NCBI GenBank assembly: GCA_973895155.1
Contig: OZ316893.1
Span: 16,274,645 to 16,338,644, forward strand
Direction: 5' to 3'
Source of the DNA: Marsupella aquatica
Lineage: Eukaryota > Plantae > Marchantiophyta
DNA: 64,000 bases
Both the position numbers and the translations under genes were made by a program. Of this stretch, positions 1 to 11,413 are shown in pieces. How positions within the stretch are numbered: the first letter of the stretch is position 1; each line of letters begins with the position of its first letter. The notes under the pieces were generated by a model. It was not told where the DNA came from. It worked only from the letters and a program-made list of their open reading frames with translations, and ran no database searches.

Positions 1-466
1 TTTTCCTTGGTTTTCTTAGTAGGGTTTATTTTTGCCAATGCATTATGCACAGCGAGAGTCCGCGCATCCAAAAGGTATGACATGATCCTCTAAAATGTAT
101 TGGAAATATTTGACATGATATATGCGTTACTTGTGGGAGTTTATAATTGGACATCCAACTTGTCATTGATTTTTATTAATTTCATTAATTATTGGTTTGT
201 TACTAAGGTTTGCATGTATGTCATCTCATCTTTCAACTTCCCCACCTAGCCTATATGTGCAGGTTTTTTGGATTGGCCTTAGCATATAGTCTAAGGCTTG
301 GAGCCTAGTAGGCACTGTAGAGCGCGGATATCATTCAGATACTAATTAAGTCCAACACCGCAAATTATTAACATACTATATATTTCCTGTTTGGGTTTAC
401 CTCAAGTTAGGGTGATGAATCAATCTTGCATTTTGGTAAAGACTTGTTGTGTGTAATTGGCAGACA

Positions 467-697
467 ATGTCAACTTCTGAGAGTTTGGATACAGATTCCA
501 ACTCTGACTTGTCTTCCTCTGAGGGGGACATTCCTCCTCCCCCTCAACATCCTCGAGCACCCCCTCCATTAGGCCCTATTCCATGCTGGTGTGTTAGATG
601 TAAAGGACTGGTGGTGCGTCAAGCGTGGCAGTCCATTGAACACATCGAAAACTATGGTCGACATGAGGGTGATTTACCAGGATATTCAGCTCGCCAG
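467..697 (+). CDS. TnpD first coding exon, transposase-associated zinc-finger-like domain (copy A)
   Basis: Acceptor cag at 461-463, ATG 467, IPCWCVRCK...EHIENYG resembling the CPCxxC...HLxxxG motif of CACTA TnpD N-termini. Phase-0 donor CAG|GTATTG at 697/698. Confidence 0.7.
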
Positions 698-807
698 GTA
701 TTGCTTGACATGAACTCCGCTATATATGATACACTATCATAATAGTTGGCTGGTTTGAGACCTTTTAGGAGACAAGTATTAATTTTTGTTTGTTTATGAT
801 TGAATAG

Positions 808-1769
808 GTGCCTTGTAGGGCCCGTCCTCCATTGGTCTCTAGTCAGCTAATGCATGATGCATTTCTAGCTGGTGCTAGACAGTTGCTTGCATCATCAGTT
901 GAACACCCTGAGCAATCATGTACCCCCGCACATGTTCAGGAAGATGTTGTTTGTGAACCCACAGTGGTAGAGTTGGAGCATGGTAGGGATGATGCACCGC
1001 CCCCTACTAGGGTTCTACGCACAAGACCACATTCTCATAGACGTCAACAACAGCATGTAGTTCTAGACATAGACCCATCCCATGAGCACTTCAGAAGCAG
1101 TGTTATGCCTCCACCAGGGGAGGAGTACATAAAAGTTGAAGGGAGGTTGGGCTTATCATATGTGACGGGAAAGACAATCAGTGTCTTCAAGGATTTTGAC
1201 CCTAAGAGTTTTGCGATTCCTCGTGGCCTAGCCATTGATATCCCTGTACATATATGGGGTCGGCAATGGATAGTGAAGGCATTGACCCTTGGCGGGGAGG
1301 TTGGATTAGGCTATTTGCTTTGGAGGACATTGAGGTCCCTCCAAAGCCTTGGCGTCGTGGCTATGATGGGGAACACCTTTTCCCTTACATTGGGTCTGTG
1401 TATACATCCAAGAGTTGGAACATCCTCTTGCGCCAACATCCAGTTTGGGGGGTATATGCATTGCAGACGGACTCTCACCCAGATGAGGTCCTAAGGAGGC
1501 CTTGGCATTGTAGGATAATTGATGGGGACCCTGTGCGTTCAGATAACATAGTTGGGTACATCAATAGTACACATGGTAGAGGGAGTGGACTCCAGCCTAA
1601 TGTAGAGTGGGCTCAGATTTTTGGCCCACCCACTCCGCCTTACTATGTCACACATATGGATGATCATGTTATGACAATAGCCATACGGACCATTAGGGCG
1701 AGTGATGAGTTGTTTTGTGACTATGAGTGGGACGCACCCAAGATGGGCATTCGATCTGGCCACACTTAG
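808..1769 (+). pseudogene. SET-domain exon in CACTA copy A (one frameshift near 1310)
   Basis: Acceptor tag|GTG at 808. Joining ORFs 808-1494 and 1254-1769 gives GLGLFALEDI, LFPYIG, IDGDPVRSDNIVGYINST and AIRTIRASDELFCDY, matching SET motifs I-IV. Confidence 0.8.
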
Positions 1770-2543
1770 CACATATGTGTATTCCCCATTTTTGAAGTAA
1801 TATAAGAATATTGTATTTTTTTAGGAATCCATGGGCTAACTCAAATGTATATATCCGTTTCGTGCGTTGTATGATAGAATGCATATGTTGAGCCGGATGT
1901 TGGGGTGTTACCACGAGCTATGCGCCAACACCTTGTTCAGGCCATAGAAGATTGGCGACATGCCTCTCTACCACCAGATGGCGATCTGGATGTTCCAGAG
2001 CAGGAACCATATGCCTCCCAATCAAGAGTTGACAAAGATAGGGCCATGGATGACTTGATGCACCAATTCTATGACATAGAGGATGGTGATCATGACATGG
2101 CTGATGGGGAGAACATTGAGGTCCCACTTCCACATCAAGAAGGCTCAAGGAGTTCAGCCTCCAAATAGTGGAAGGAAGCACGTCAGCATGCGCAAACTCA
2201 GATATTTGATGGATCACGCTTGTCTCGTCTTTCAGCAATAATGTTGTTGTTGAACTTGCAGCAAAGACATGGAGCAAGCAACCTACTTCTTGATGATCTC
2301 TTTTGGACATTGCATGATTGTATCTTGCCAAAAGGAAACAACTTGCCGGATTCTTGGAAAGAGGCAAAGAAGGTCTTGAAGTCCATAGGTCTGTTGTACA
2401 AAGTCATACATGCTTGCGTGAATGATTGTGTTCTGTTTAGAGGCACTTATAAAGATGCAATGTCATGTCCTACATGTGAGAAGCCAAGGTATCGTGAGGA
2501 CATGTTGACGGGAAAAGTACCTCAGAAGGTCATGAGGTACTTT

Positions 2544-5371
2544 TGTGACGCCGATGACATGGTCCTTATTCTGTAATACGATGGAATTGGTATGTTGTAT
2601 GCAATAAGTAACTGTGAGATGGCATAACGATCATCAAGATGGCAAGAATAAGGGCAATCATGGTGTTTAGAGTAGGACTAGGCCAGGTTAGCCTGAAGAA
2701 TGCACAACCAAGGTAGACATAATGGAGACAATCATTGTAGCTAGGGGAAGAGAGGAGTCACCTCCTCTACCATACTAATGTGTTGGCAAGCACAATGGAG
2801 CATGGGGGCTCTCCAAGATGCAGGGGGAGATGCGGTAATTTGGGGAAGCAAGTCTCCATGATTGAAGAAATGGCTATGTGGTATGGTGGTTGTTCTCATA
2901 ATGAAATTTGAATGTCTTTTTGTGTGCATCTTCATTCCATGTGTTAGGATAGTGGTTCATAGTCTAGTCTTAGAATGTTAGGGAAATAAAAAGCTATGTC
3001 GCGGGTGGTCGACGACCATATCTCTTTCAATGTCACCAAATCCGGATCTGTAAAGAGCATTGGAAAGATCTGGTCAAGGCAAGTAAAATAGATATAAAAC
3101 ACTTGGGAAACAAAGGTGTATTAAGAAAGATACGACTTGATTAGTGTGACGGGTTAACTTGTGGCCGGAATTAGCGGATTCGGCTTTGGTTTCGGGTTAA
3201 CCTAAGCTCGGCTACGGCTTAGCTTAGGTCAGCACGGCTTCAGCTTAGCTCAGGTCAGCACGGCTCCAGCTTAGCTCAGGTCAGCACGACTTCAGCTTAG
3301 GCTTAACCCGGGTTCGGGTTAGATTGAGCTCGGGTTAGACTGAACTCGGGTTAGCCTAAACTTGAGCTTGGGTTAGCATAGATAAGCTCGGTTTGGGGCT
3401 CAACTTAGCCTAGGATAGCGGATACGGATAGAGGCTAGCAAACACGGATAGCGGATAGTGGATACGAATAGAGGTTAGCAAACACGGATAGCGGACACGA
3501 ACAACGGACACGGACAACGGACATAGACAACGGACACAGACAACGGACATGGACAACGGACACAAAAGCGAATGTGAACAACAGACACGGATCACGACTT
3601 AGCCCGAGTTAGCTCTACTCGGGTTAGCTATGTAACTTGGGTTAGCGCAACAGTGTATACCCCCTTTCGGTTGCAGGGGCATAACTTTCTCTCTATTTGC
3701 CCAAATTGGCTATAATTGACATCGTTGGAAAGAGGAGCTCAAGCCACTTCCAACGCTGCTATCCACGCAGTAGATGGTTGAATAGAAAAATCGTGAGAGG
3801 AGGTGCAAGCTTGCAAAAACTATGGAGGAGGGCCAAATCCAAAGTACATAGCCAATTCGAGATAGAAATAAAGTTGCGAGTTAGGGTTCAGTAGTTAGAG
3901 ATAGTGGCGGCTCTATTAGGGCTGGGATGGGGCTCCAGCAGCGTAGTATCCACCCATTTGGGCACAGTGTGAGAGTATATAGAGCAGCCCCCCGGTAAAG
4001 GCAGCTGGGGGACTTCAGTTGTGTGATCTCACGTAGACTGAGCAGCAGGGAGGAGCTCTGTGCAAGGAAGGCTGGGCTTGGAAGTTGTGTGCTGGGGAGA
4101 GCTTGGTTGTGCTATTACTCAGGGAGTAATCAACCACACTTCACAACAACAGTTGGTTAGGTTTGCAAGTTGGATTGTGGCTCTTTCTAGTAGGCAACAC
4201 AATTGGGTTCCTTTCCCCCGATACAAAGCCTTGGTGATAGGTGATGTATTGGTGATTGTAAATTGTTGGGATGATTTCAATTTGATTTGCGGTGAGCACA
4301 TTAGGGGGGTTGAGATATTGATTGCAGGGCAACAGGAGGAGCATTTACAATTTAGTCTGGCAAGACTACGTGATCCATGGGGAGTCTCGGCCTTTGTCTG
4401 GTAGAGAGCACTAAGGGATTTATGGCCAGAGTTGAGCTTGCACGGCAAGCATGAGGCCGGGCCTCATTATAGTCTTGGGTAGATTGTCGTTGAGCCTGGT
4501 ACCAGCTTTGAAGTCAAGTCAACTGTGCATGCGTAACTTGACATACTGAAATGGAGGTGTGAGATCTGTACGTGCCCCCAAGAATGAAATGCAGTGAAGG
4601 AGGTTGAGTTCAGGATTGAGTTTGCAAGGCAAGTACGGGATTGGTTCAAGTCCAATCTGCCATCGCAATCTAGAGTGAGTCGGGCTCAGGTTCAAGATTG
4701 AGCTTGCATGGCAAGCACATCGCAATCTGGAGGAGACAGCCTTCGGGCCTAGTGTTTGAAACAAGTACTCTCAGTGAACTATTGTGCACATCTTTGAATC
4801 TAATTGAGTTTTCCTCTCAGGCCTCATTTCTCTCATGGATGTGTGTGTGTGTGAGGCAATCTGAGTGTATGATGGGACTAGCATCGCCACTGAGAGATGT
4901 ACCGGGTGCATTGAAGTGGGTTGGGTGAGGGCTATCATAGCTCTGATTGCTGAGAGTGGAATGGTAGAGTGGTGGGGCAATGGCTTAGAAGTCCCTAAGC
5001 CGGGAATCAGTCAGGAGTCACTGGTTTATGGGTACATTCTGGCGGCGGAGTAGAAATATACCTATGACAGTAAGCATACGTATAGACATATGCACACCAT
5101 AGCGCTAGGCCTTGTGTGTACGGGCCCGATATGAAGACCCCTTCTCACCAGAACTATCACAAGCACAGGATCTGATTCCCAACCTTGGTTCCTAGGGATT
5201 GAGCTTGGGTGATGTGTGACAGAGTCTTGCTATGATAGTCTGGTGTTAAGGGCATAAATTGGTGTTTACCGTCCTTCACAACATCCCTTCGTGATCCTCA
5301 GGTACAAGGAGATGGTTTTGGCACCCAATAATGATGTTTTTGGTGTTAAGATCCATGTCAATTGCGTGACA
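2544..5371. mobile_element. TG...CA insertion with 5-bp TSD (solo LTR or non-autonomous TIR element)
   Basis: ACTTT at 2539-2543 and 5372-5376. Starts TGTGACGC, ends GCGTGACA. Cleanly splits the TnpD reading frame. Confidence 0.85.
3211..3592. repeat. Tandem/minisatellite repeats inside the insertion
   Basis: About 24-bp unit cggcttcagcttagctcaggtcagca (3211-3300), then ggatagcggatac and acggacacggaca-type repeats (3413-3592). Confidence 0.85.
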
Positions 5372-5639
5372 ACTTTCCTCTTATACCTCGTTTGCGCCAC
5401 CAATATAGATGTGTTGAGTTGGCTGAGTATATGGTTTGGCATTCCAAAAATTGCCTAGATATCTCGAGGGGTCACTTCCATTGAAGTGACACATCACGTG
5501 CGACGAAGTATAGGCCCATTTAAATGGGTGTGGCGGAAGACTTCCAAAGTTTGGTGGAAGAACACATAGGGCATGTTTTATTGACTGGTTGACTTTAAAG
5601 AACACATAAGCCTATTTAATTGTAAAAAATACTTTCTTT

Positions 5640-7520
5640 TGTTGTGATAGAATGAACAACATAACTATCATTCCCTTCCATATTCTTACATATAGGCTTT
5701 CCAATAGCCCGGCGATTAGGCAGTTAGTATGGCCTAACCTGAGTAGGCTTTATCCTAGTTAACCTTATCTATGGTCTAGTTAACTCGGGTTACAATACTC
5801 CCCTTGGGTGTAACATCACTCGGGGAAGAAATGTTGCACCCACTTCTAGCCTACTCTAATTGTTATTCCAAGGTTTATGGTTCGGGGGAATGTAACCTCA
5901 TTAAAACCCCCCCTCCTTTCTTGTCGGGGGAAAGAGTGTTACCATTCCATCTCTAAAAACCTTGTAATCTTGATTAATTCATGAGTAATCGATTTAGTGG
6001 AGTTAAAGTGGTGTAAAGCTGTCCCACGTGGTGTAAAGCTATCGTGTTGTGTAAAGCCTAAAAATCTCATGTGTAGTTTGGGAGTCGTGGATTTGCGTGG
6101 AGTCGAGAGTCATCTGTGTGTGTTTTGTGTCGAGTGTATGGCAGTTCTGATTGGCAATTCTTGGAAAAGAAAATATGTCGCGTTTGAGCTCTTGGCGATG
6201 GTAGTGATTCGCATTTGGTGTTGGCTACGTTGTGAAGATCGTCTCGCATGGAGTGGGGATTGCCATTCGCTCTTTGATGTTACTAGGAGGTAAGTGTTTA
6301 TAGTGCGTTTCTGGTTATTGCTTTCGGCAGTCTGCTTCTCTAAGGAAATCTTGAGAGGATTGCAAAGTCTAGCGATGTTGAAAGCTTGTGATCTGCAGTT
6401 GGATAAAGAGTGTCTTCCCTGAGAGGGAAGGAAATGTTGTGTGCAGCAATCAGCTGCCTCTTCATTGCTTTGTTCAGTTTGGCACTGACGTAAGTCAGCT
6501 CGTGAGTCATCTTGCTTAATTCTGGGTAATGGAGTCCGGGGAAGGGGTACTCCACTCCTCTCGCGACCTTCTGTCTCGTGGTAACTCTTGTATTGTGTTG
6601 GAGTACCAATCGCGGTGCTCCCCCTGAGATCGTTTATCAAGCATCCAAGTTGATTGTTGCTCTTCGTCCATTGTTGGTGTGCAAAATTGATAGGTAAGTG
6701 TGTTCAATTTATTTGTTTCAGTGCTTTTGAATGTCAGCTACAAGCTTTCTTGTGATTCTCCCCCTGAGCAAAGCAAGTATATTTACTGTAACTTCGGAAA
6801 TTGTTAGTTCTGCAGTTCAGATAAGTGTCTCGGACCTACAAAAATTGTATGTTGTCAGTGTTGTGCAGGGGGAAGCAATTTAGTAAACATGTCAGCAATG
6901 TTTTGTGAGCTTTGAATCCAATGGACTTCAATACTATTTCCTTGCTATTCATGCGTAAAGAAAACTTTAGGAGCAATGTGTTTTGTTTGATCTCCCTTTA
7001 TGAAGCCTGCTTGAATTTGTTTGACACAGGCTGTGTTGTCTTCATGGATTTTGGTTGGTGTTGACAGTGGAGGCATGCCTGTGTTCTCATGAATATGGTT
7101 AATAACATTGCGCAACCAAATACACTCCCTGCTTGATTTGTAAAGTGCTATTATCTCTGAGTGGTTGGATGATGTAGTTGTGAGTGTTTGCTTATAGCTT
7201 CGCCATGAAATTGCAATCTGTCCCATAGAAAACATACCCAGTCTGGGACTTTGCATCCTCTGGGTTGGACAGGTAGCTTGCATCAGCATACCTTGTTAGT
7301 AAGTAGTTAGTATTTGTTGGATAGAACAATCCCAGGTCTATGGTTCCTGCAAGATAACGAAAGATTTGTTTTATCCCATTCCAATGCCGGATGGTCGGCT
7401 TTGCGCTGTGGCGTGCCAACAGATTTACTGCAAAGGCTATGTCTGGCCTTGTTTGGTTTGAAAGGAACATCAGGACACCTATAGCAGATAGGTACGGTTT
7501 TTCTGAGGTGTTTACAAAAG
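5640..7520 (-). mobile_element. Copia (Bianca-like) 3' fragment: degenerate RT/RNase H, 3' region, PPT and probable short 3' LTR (about 5640-5794)
   Basis: PYLSAIGVLMFLSNQTRPDIAFAVNLLAR, YADASYLS, SQTGYVF, HEDNTACV and IKGDQTKHIAPK, all close to the element at 24.5-30.4 kb. Polypurine tract at about 5798-5805 next to a TGTAAC LTR start. Left LTR boundary approximate. Confidence 0.8.
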
Positions 7521-7850
7521 ACAGCAAACAGGAAACAGGATTTAATAACAGAAACTGGTAACAGGAAAATGGGTGGAAATTTTGAAAAAAAATTGAATTT
7601 TTTTTTTGAAGTTTTTTTTTTTCGGTCGACCAATTTTTTTTGCTAGCGCCCGGCGCTGCTAATAGTAGTGCCCAAAGCTAGCCAAAAATGTTGCATTGTT
7701 AATTTTTTTGGAAATAACATGTTTTAGGAGACATTTTTAAATTGTCATTTTTCCTAGTAACAGTGATTTTTTCCTAGTAACAGCATATTAAAAACAGGAA
7801 AAAAAAATCTTGTTTACCTGTTTCCTGTCTCTGTCGCTATACCCTAAGGC
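7520..7850. mobile_element. Possible MITE or DNA-transposon end with ACAGGAAAC repeats in both orientations
   Basis: cagcaaacaggaaacagg on the left and cctgtttcctgtctctg on the right; a similar motif occurs near 31870. No clear TSD. Confidence 0.3.
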
Positions 7851-8029
7851 GGGGGGGTTCTTAGGAAGGGTATATAAGGTAAGGACACTTCTATATATAA
7901 CCAAGAGATTTTGGGCATGTGCATACCATGACAATTAAAGAAGTAATGATGCCAACTTTTATATTGCCAATTAAAAAAAACATGAAGGTGGTGTGGTTGC
8001 GGGGGGGGCCTAGCTACATACAAAATATA

Positions 8030-11000
8030 CTAACTAGCTTGTGGAGGGTCGGGGATGTCGTTGTCTTCCACTACAACGACATTGGGTCTCTCTTGGACTA
8101 TAGACCGTGATCTAGGGATATAAGGCATGACAATGGACCAATGTGGGTCATCTGGATAGGGTAGGTAAAAGCACTGCTCAAGGTGATGTGGGAAGGCAAA
8201 GGGATTTGAGGACCTCCAATTGGAACTAATGACACTATTTGTAGATGTCTTCAAACGGGTAAATCCGCATGCATCATCTTCACATGTTTGATTGTTGCCT
8301 ACAAGATTCATCTTGAACCATTTGCACTTAAATACCACCTCCTCCAAAGTAGTATGTGCATGGTACTTCACTGTCAGGATCTCATCAATCTTCCCATAAT
8401 GGGCCACGGTGGAGCGAATGGGGTCATGTCCGATGTGCTACTCTGGGAATCCTGGGTGAACCAACCCATCACCCCACAATCTTGTGTAGCTGCTCTCTTC
8501 TCATCAAGTCGTTCCATGCGGAAATGTCTCCCCTTTGACCACATTGTCGTCCGAGTCGTGACTTTAAGCAGTGGACCATGAACCAAGGTACGAAGCTTAT
8601 CAGTCACTTGTGGGTAATGTAATATACTATCTCCGGTTTCCACCAAGGCATCCACTTCTAACAACTTTGATTTCATGTATGGGTGAAACTTGGGAAACAG
8701 CCGTGGCCGTCGACTATTTTGCTTCTCCTCCTCATAAAATTTTGTCCACTCCCCTACAACCTCTGGTGACTTATACAACATAAATGTTGTAAGTTGCAAA
8801 TGCTCTACTGAGCCTAAGCCACGCTCTCTTGATGCCCCAATGAGTCTATCATCCTCATAGTTTGCCTCTCGTGCCGCCTCATCTATCCATCCCCTAGGTG
8901 CCCTTGGATCTAGTGTGGCAACTATGTTTGTACAATAAAACATACTCTCTGCTCCAAGATGACGCTATGCAATGCTACCTTCCACCCTAGCCCGATTAGA
9001 GACATATGAGTTCATCACCCCCACGTAACACTCTACCCAATACATCCATCGACAATGTACCGGGCCTACAATTGCTACCTCGCGCACTAAATGTATGAGG
9101 AAATGAACCTGACCATCAAAGAATGAGGGTGGAAGTGGCTTCTCCAACTTGCAAACAACCTCTACTCCAAATATCTTCATCGCAACAATGTCATCCTTTG
9201 GTACCTCCTTCTGACATACCCATCTCAAAAACTTGCCCAATGACCAAAGAGCATCACAAAGTTCCTCACTACCCAATCCAATAATCGCAACTAGAATGAC
9301 ATGTTCTAGTAACCGATGATATTCATGTGTTTTTAGGTACGATGGCCATTTTGGAGAATTATCCCCCCCCAAATGCCTTACAAAGATTGGCACCATAACC
9401 TGTGGGAAACCTCATTGACCCAATCCGTCTGCAAAACTCTATGCGCTGTGCCCTGGTCAGAACCCAAGGAGGATGGATGCTAGGGGGATCACCAGGGGGG
9501 TCCAAAGATGGCCAAAAACCCAAAAGACCATGCATCCCCATCTCCTCACAACTTTCTCTCCAGTTGTGGTTCTTCTCCCCATATAGATGACGAATCAATG
9601 ATCTCCCCACATTTCCCTCAATGTGCATTGCATCCAACAAGTGATTAATGGGCATCTTTGACCAATATGGCAACTATGACAATGCAGATAAACGGGTCAT
9701 GCCACATCAGAGAAACTATAATGGATCATCAGGGTCTTGAATTCTCTCCCATACCTCGCTCCAATATGTTGGATCCTTTTGCTGAGGTTGAGGACGAGTA
9801 TCAGGTTGGCCCTCATCAGTGTCATACAAGAAATGATCACTCCTCCAAGGATGGTCTGCTGGAAGATATTTGGTATGACCAATGTAAACTATCTTACGCA
9901 AAGTACTTGACTTGCGTCTTGCCACTCCCTCCAAATCCGGTCTGCATGAAGGGCAAGCTCGATAGCCTGATGTTTGCAATCCAGAGATATACCCAAACCC
10001 TGTACCAAGCCCATATACAACCAGCCAATTATGAAATAAGGTTAATGCACACTAAATTTAAGGTAGTACATCAAGGAAATAAGCTAAGGTTTACCAGGTC
10101 ATACCTGGTAGGTCATGCATGGTCCACATAAGGATGGCCTTGAGGGTAAACGCACGAGGTACACCTCCTGTATTGCGACGTTTGTCATAACAATCCACTC
10201 CTCTCCACAGTTGCAAAAGCTCATCAATCAACGGTTGCAAGTAGATGTCAATCTTTTTTACTTGCTTAGGACCCGAGATGATCATGGAGAGCAGTAAATG
10301 ACCTTTCTTCATGGCCATCCATGGAGGGATATTGTAGTTAGTCAAAACTACTGGCCATACTGAATATGGTTTTGCTTTACCCGCCAATGCAAAAGGGCTG
10401 ACACCATCAGCTGCCAAGCCAAGTCGAACATGTCGTGGTTCAGTGCTGAACTCCCCCCATTTGCCCTCAACAAATCGATTGGCAAGAGAGTCAACCATCA
10501 TCCGCATGGCACTAGAGTTTGTAGCTATATCAGAACGATTCTTTGAGTGCCATACCATGTACTCGGCTAACTCTACACAACGGTACTGATGTCGCAATCG
10601 AGGGATGAGAGGAAAGTATCGCATAACCTTTTGAGGCACCTTCCCTGTCAACATGTCATCATGGTAGCGCGGCTTCTCACACTTAGGACATGCAGTTGCA
10701 TTCTCATGCTCCCCCCTAAAAAGAATGCAATCATTCACACATGCATGTATCACTACATACTTGAGGCCAATGGACTTCAACACTTGTTTTGCCTCCTTCC
10801 AAGAGGCTGGCATGGTATTTCCTAGTGGCAAAATATGATCATGCAAGGTACAAAAAACATCATCCAAAAGTAGGTTGTTGGCCCCATGTCTTTGCACATT
10901 CAGCAACAACATTATTGCGGAGAGCCGAGATAAGGTGCTACCCTCAAATATGCAAGTACGAGCATGACATTGAGCCTCCTCCCAATCCTTGTTCTGTCCC

Positions 11001-11269
11001 CCCCTAGCAGGTTGTGGATGAGTGGTGTTGTCATCAGTTGTACCCATATCCTCCATACCAATATCAACATCATCATCATAAAATTGGTCCATGAGCTCAT
11101 CCATGGCCCTCTCCTCATCCAGATGTGCTTGAGTAGGATTATCACCCTCATGTTGTACATCATCCTCCTGCATCCCTCCATCATGCCCATGGTTGGCCAC
11201 CATGGCCTCAACAATGTGTTGTCGCATAGCTCGTGATATGACCCCAATATCAAATTGTACATATAGGTT
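8030..11269 (-). pseudogene. TnpD transposase (Transposase_21 plus DUF4218/DUF4216-like C-terminus), copy B, several frameshifts
   Basis: PRHVRLGLAADGVSPF, SVWPVVLTNYNIPPW and IYLQPLIDELLQLW. Intron 10104-10000 restores WTMHDLPGFGYISGLQTSGYRACPSC. Downstream HLLDAMHIEGNV, PPSFFDGQVH, GPVHCRWMY and NRARVEGSIA. Confidence 0.92.
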
Positions 11270-11321
11270 CTATCATACAACATCAATGCAATCTCATTGA
11301 CATTAATCTCATTACAATCAT

Positions 11322-11323
<2 letters not shown>

Positions 11324-11352
<29 letters not shown>
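11324..11352. repeat. (AT)n microsatellite between the SET exon and the TnpD exon
   Basis: About 14 AT units seen directly. Confidence 0.95.
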
Positions 11353-11355
<3 letters not shown>

Positions 11356-11413
11356 CATCATGAATCTCATTAATTCAATGTAAGATTTACATGCATGTAA
11401 GTCCAACATACTA

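Larger units (their letters stand above)
1..5470 (+). mobile_element. CACTA/En-Spm transposon copy A (truncated; 5' end outside window; interrupted at 2544-5371; 3' part lost after about 5470)
   Basis: Colinear homology with copy B (13092 to about 10520, minus strand) over the leader exon, zinc-finger exon, SET exon and TnpD N-terminus. TnpD motifs IHACVNDCVLFRG, CPTCEKPRY and KVMRYF|PLIPRLRHQY. Confidence 0.85.
1878..5470 (+). pseudogene. TnpD (Transposase_21 family) N-terminal exon, copy A, split by an insertion (1878-2543 and 5377-5470)
   Basis: Acceptor ttgtatgatag|AAT. In-frame stop at 2166. Frame resumes after the insertion as PLIPRLRHQYRCVELAEYMVWHSKN, matching copy B. Confidence 0.85.
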
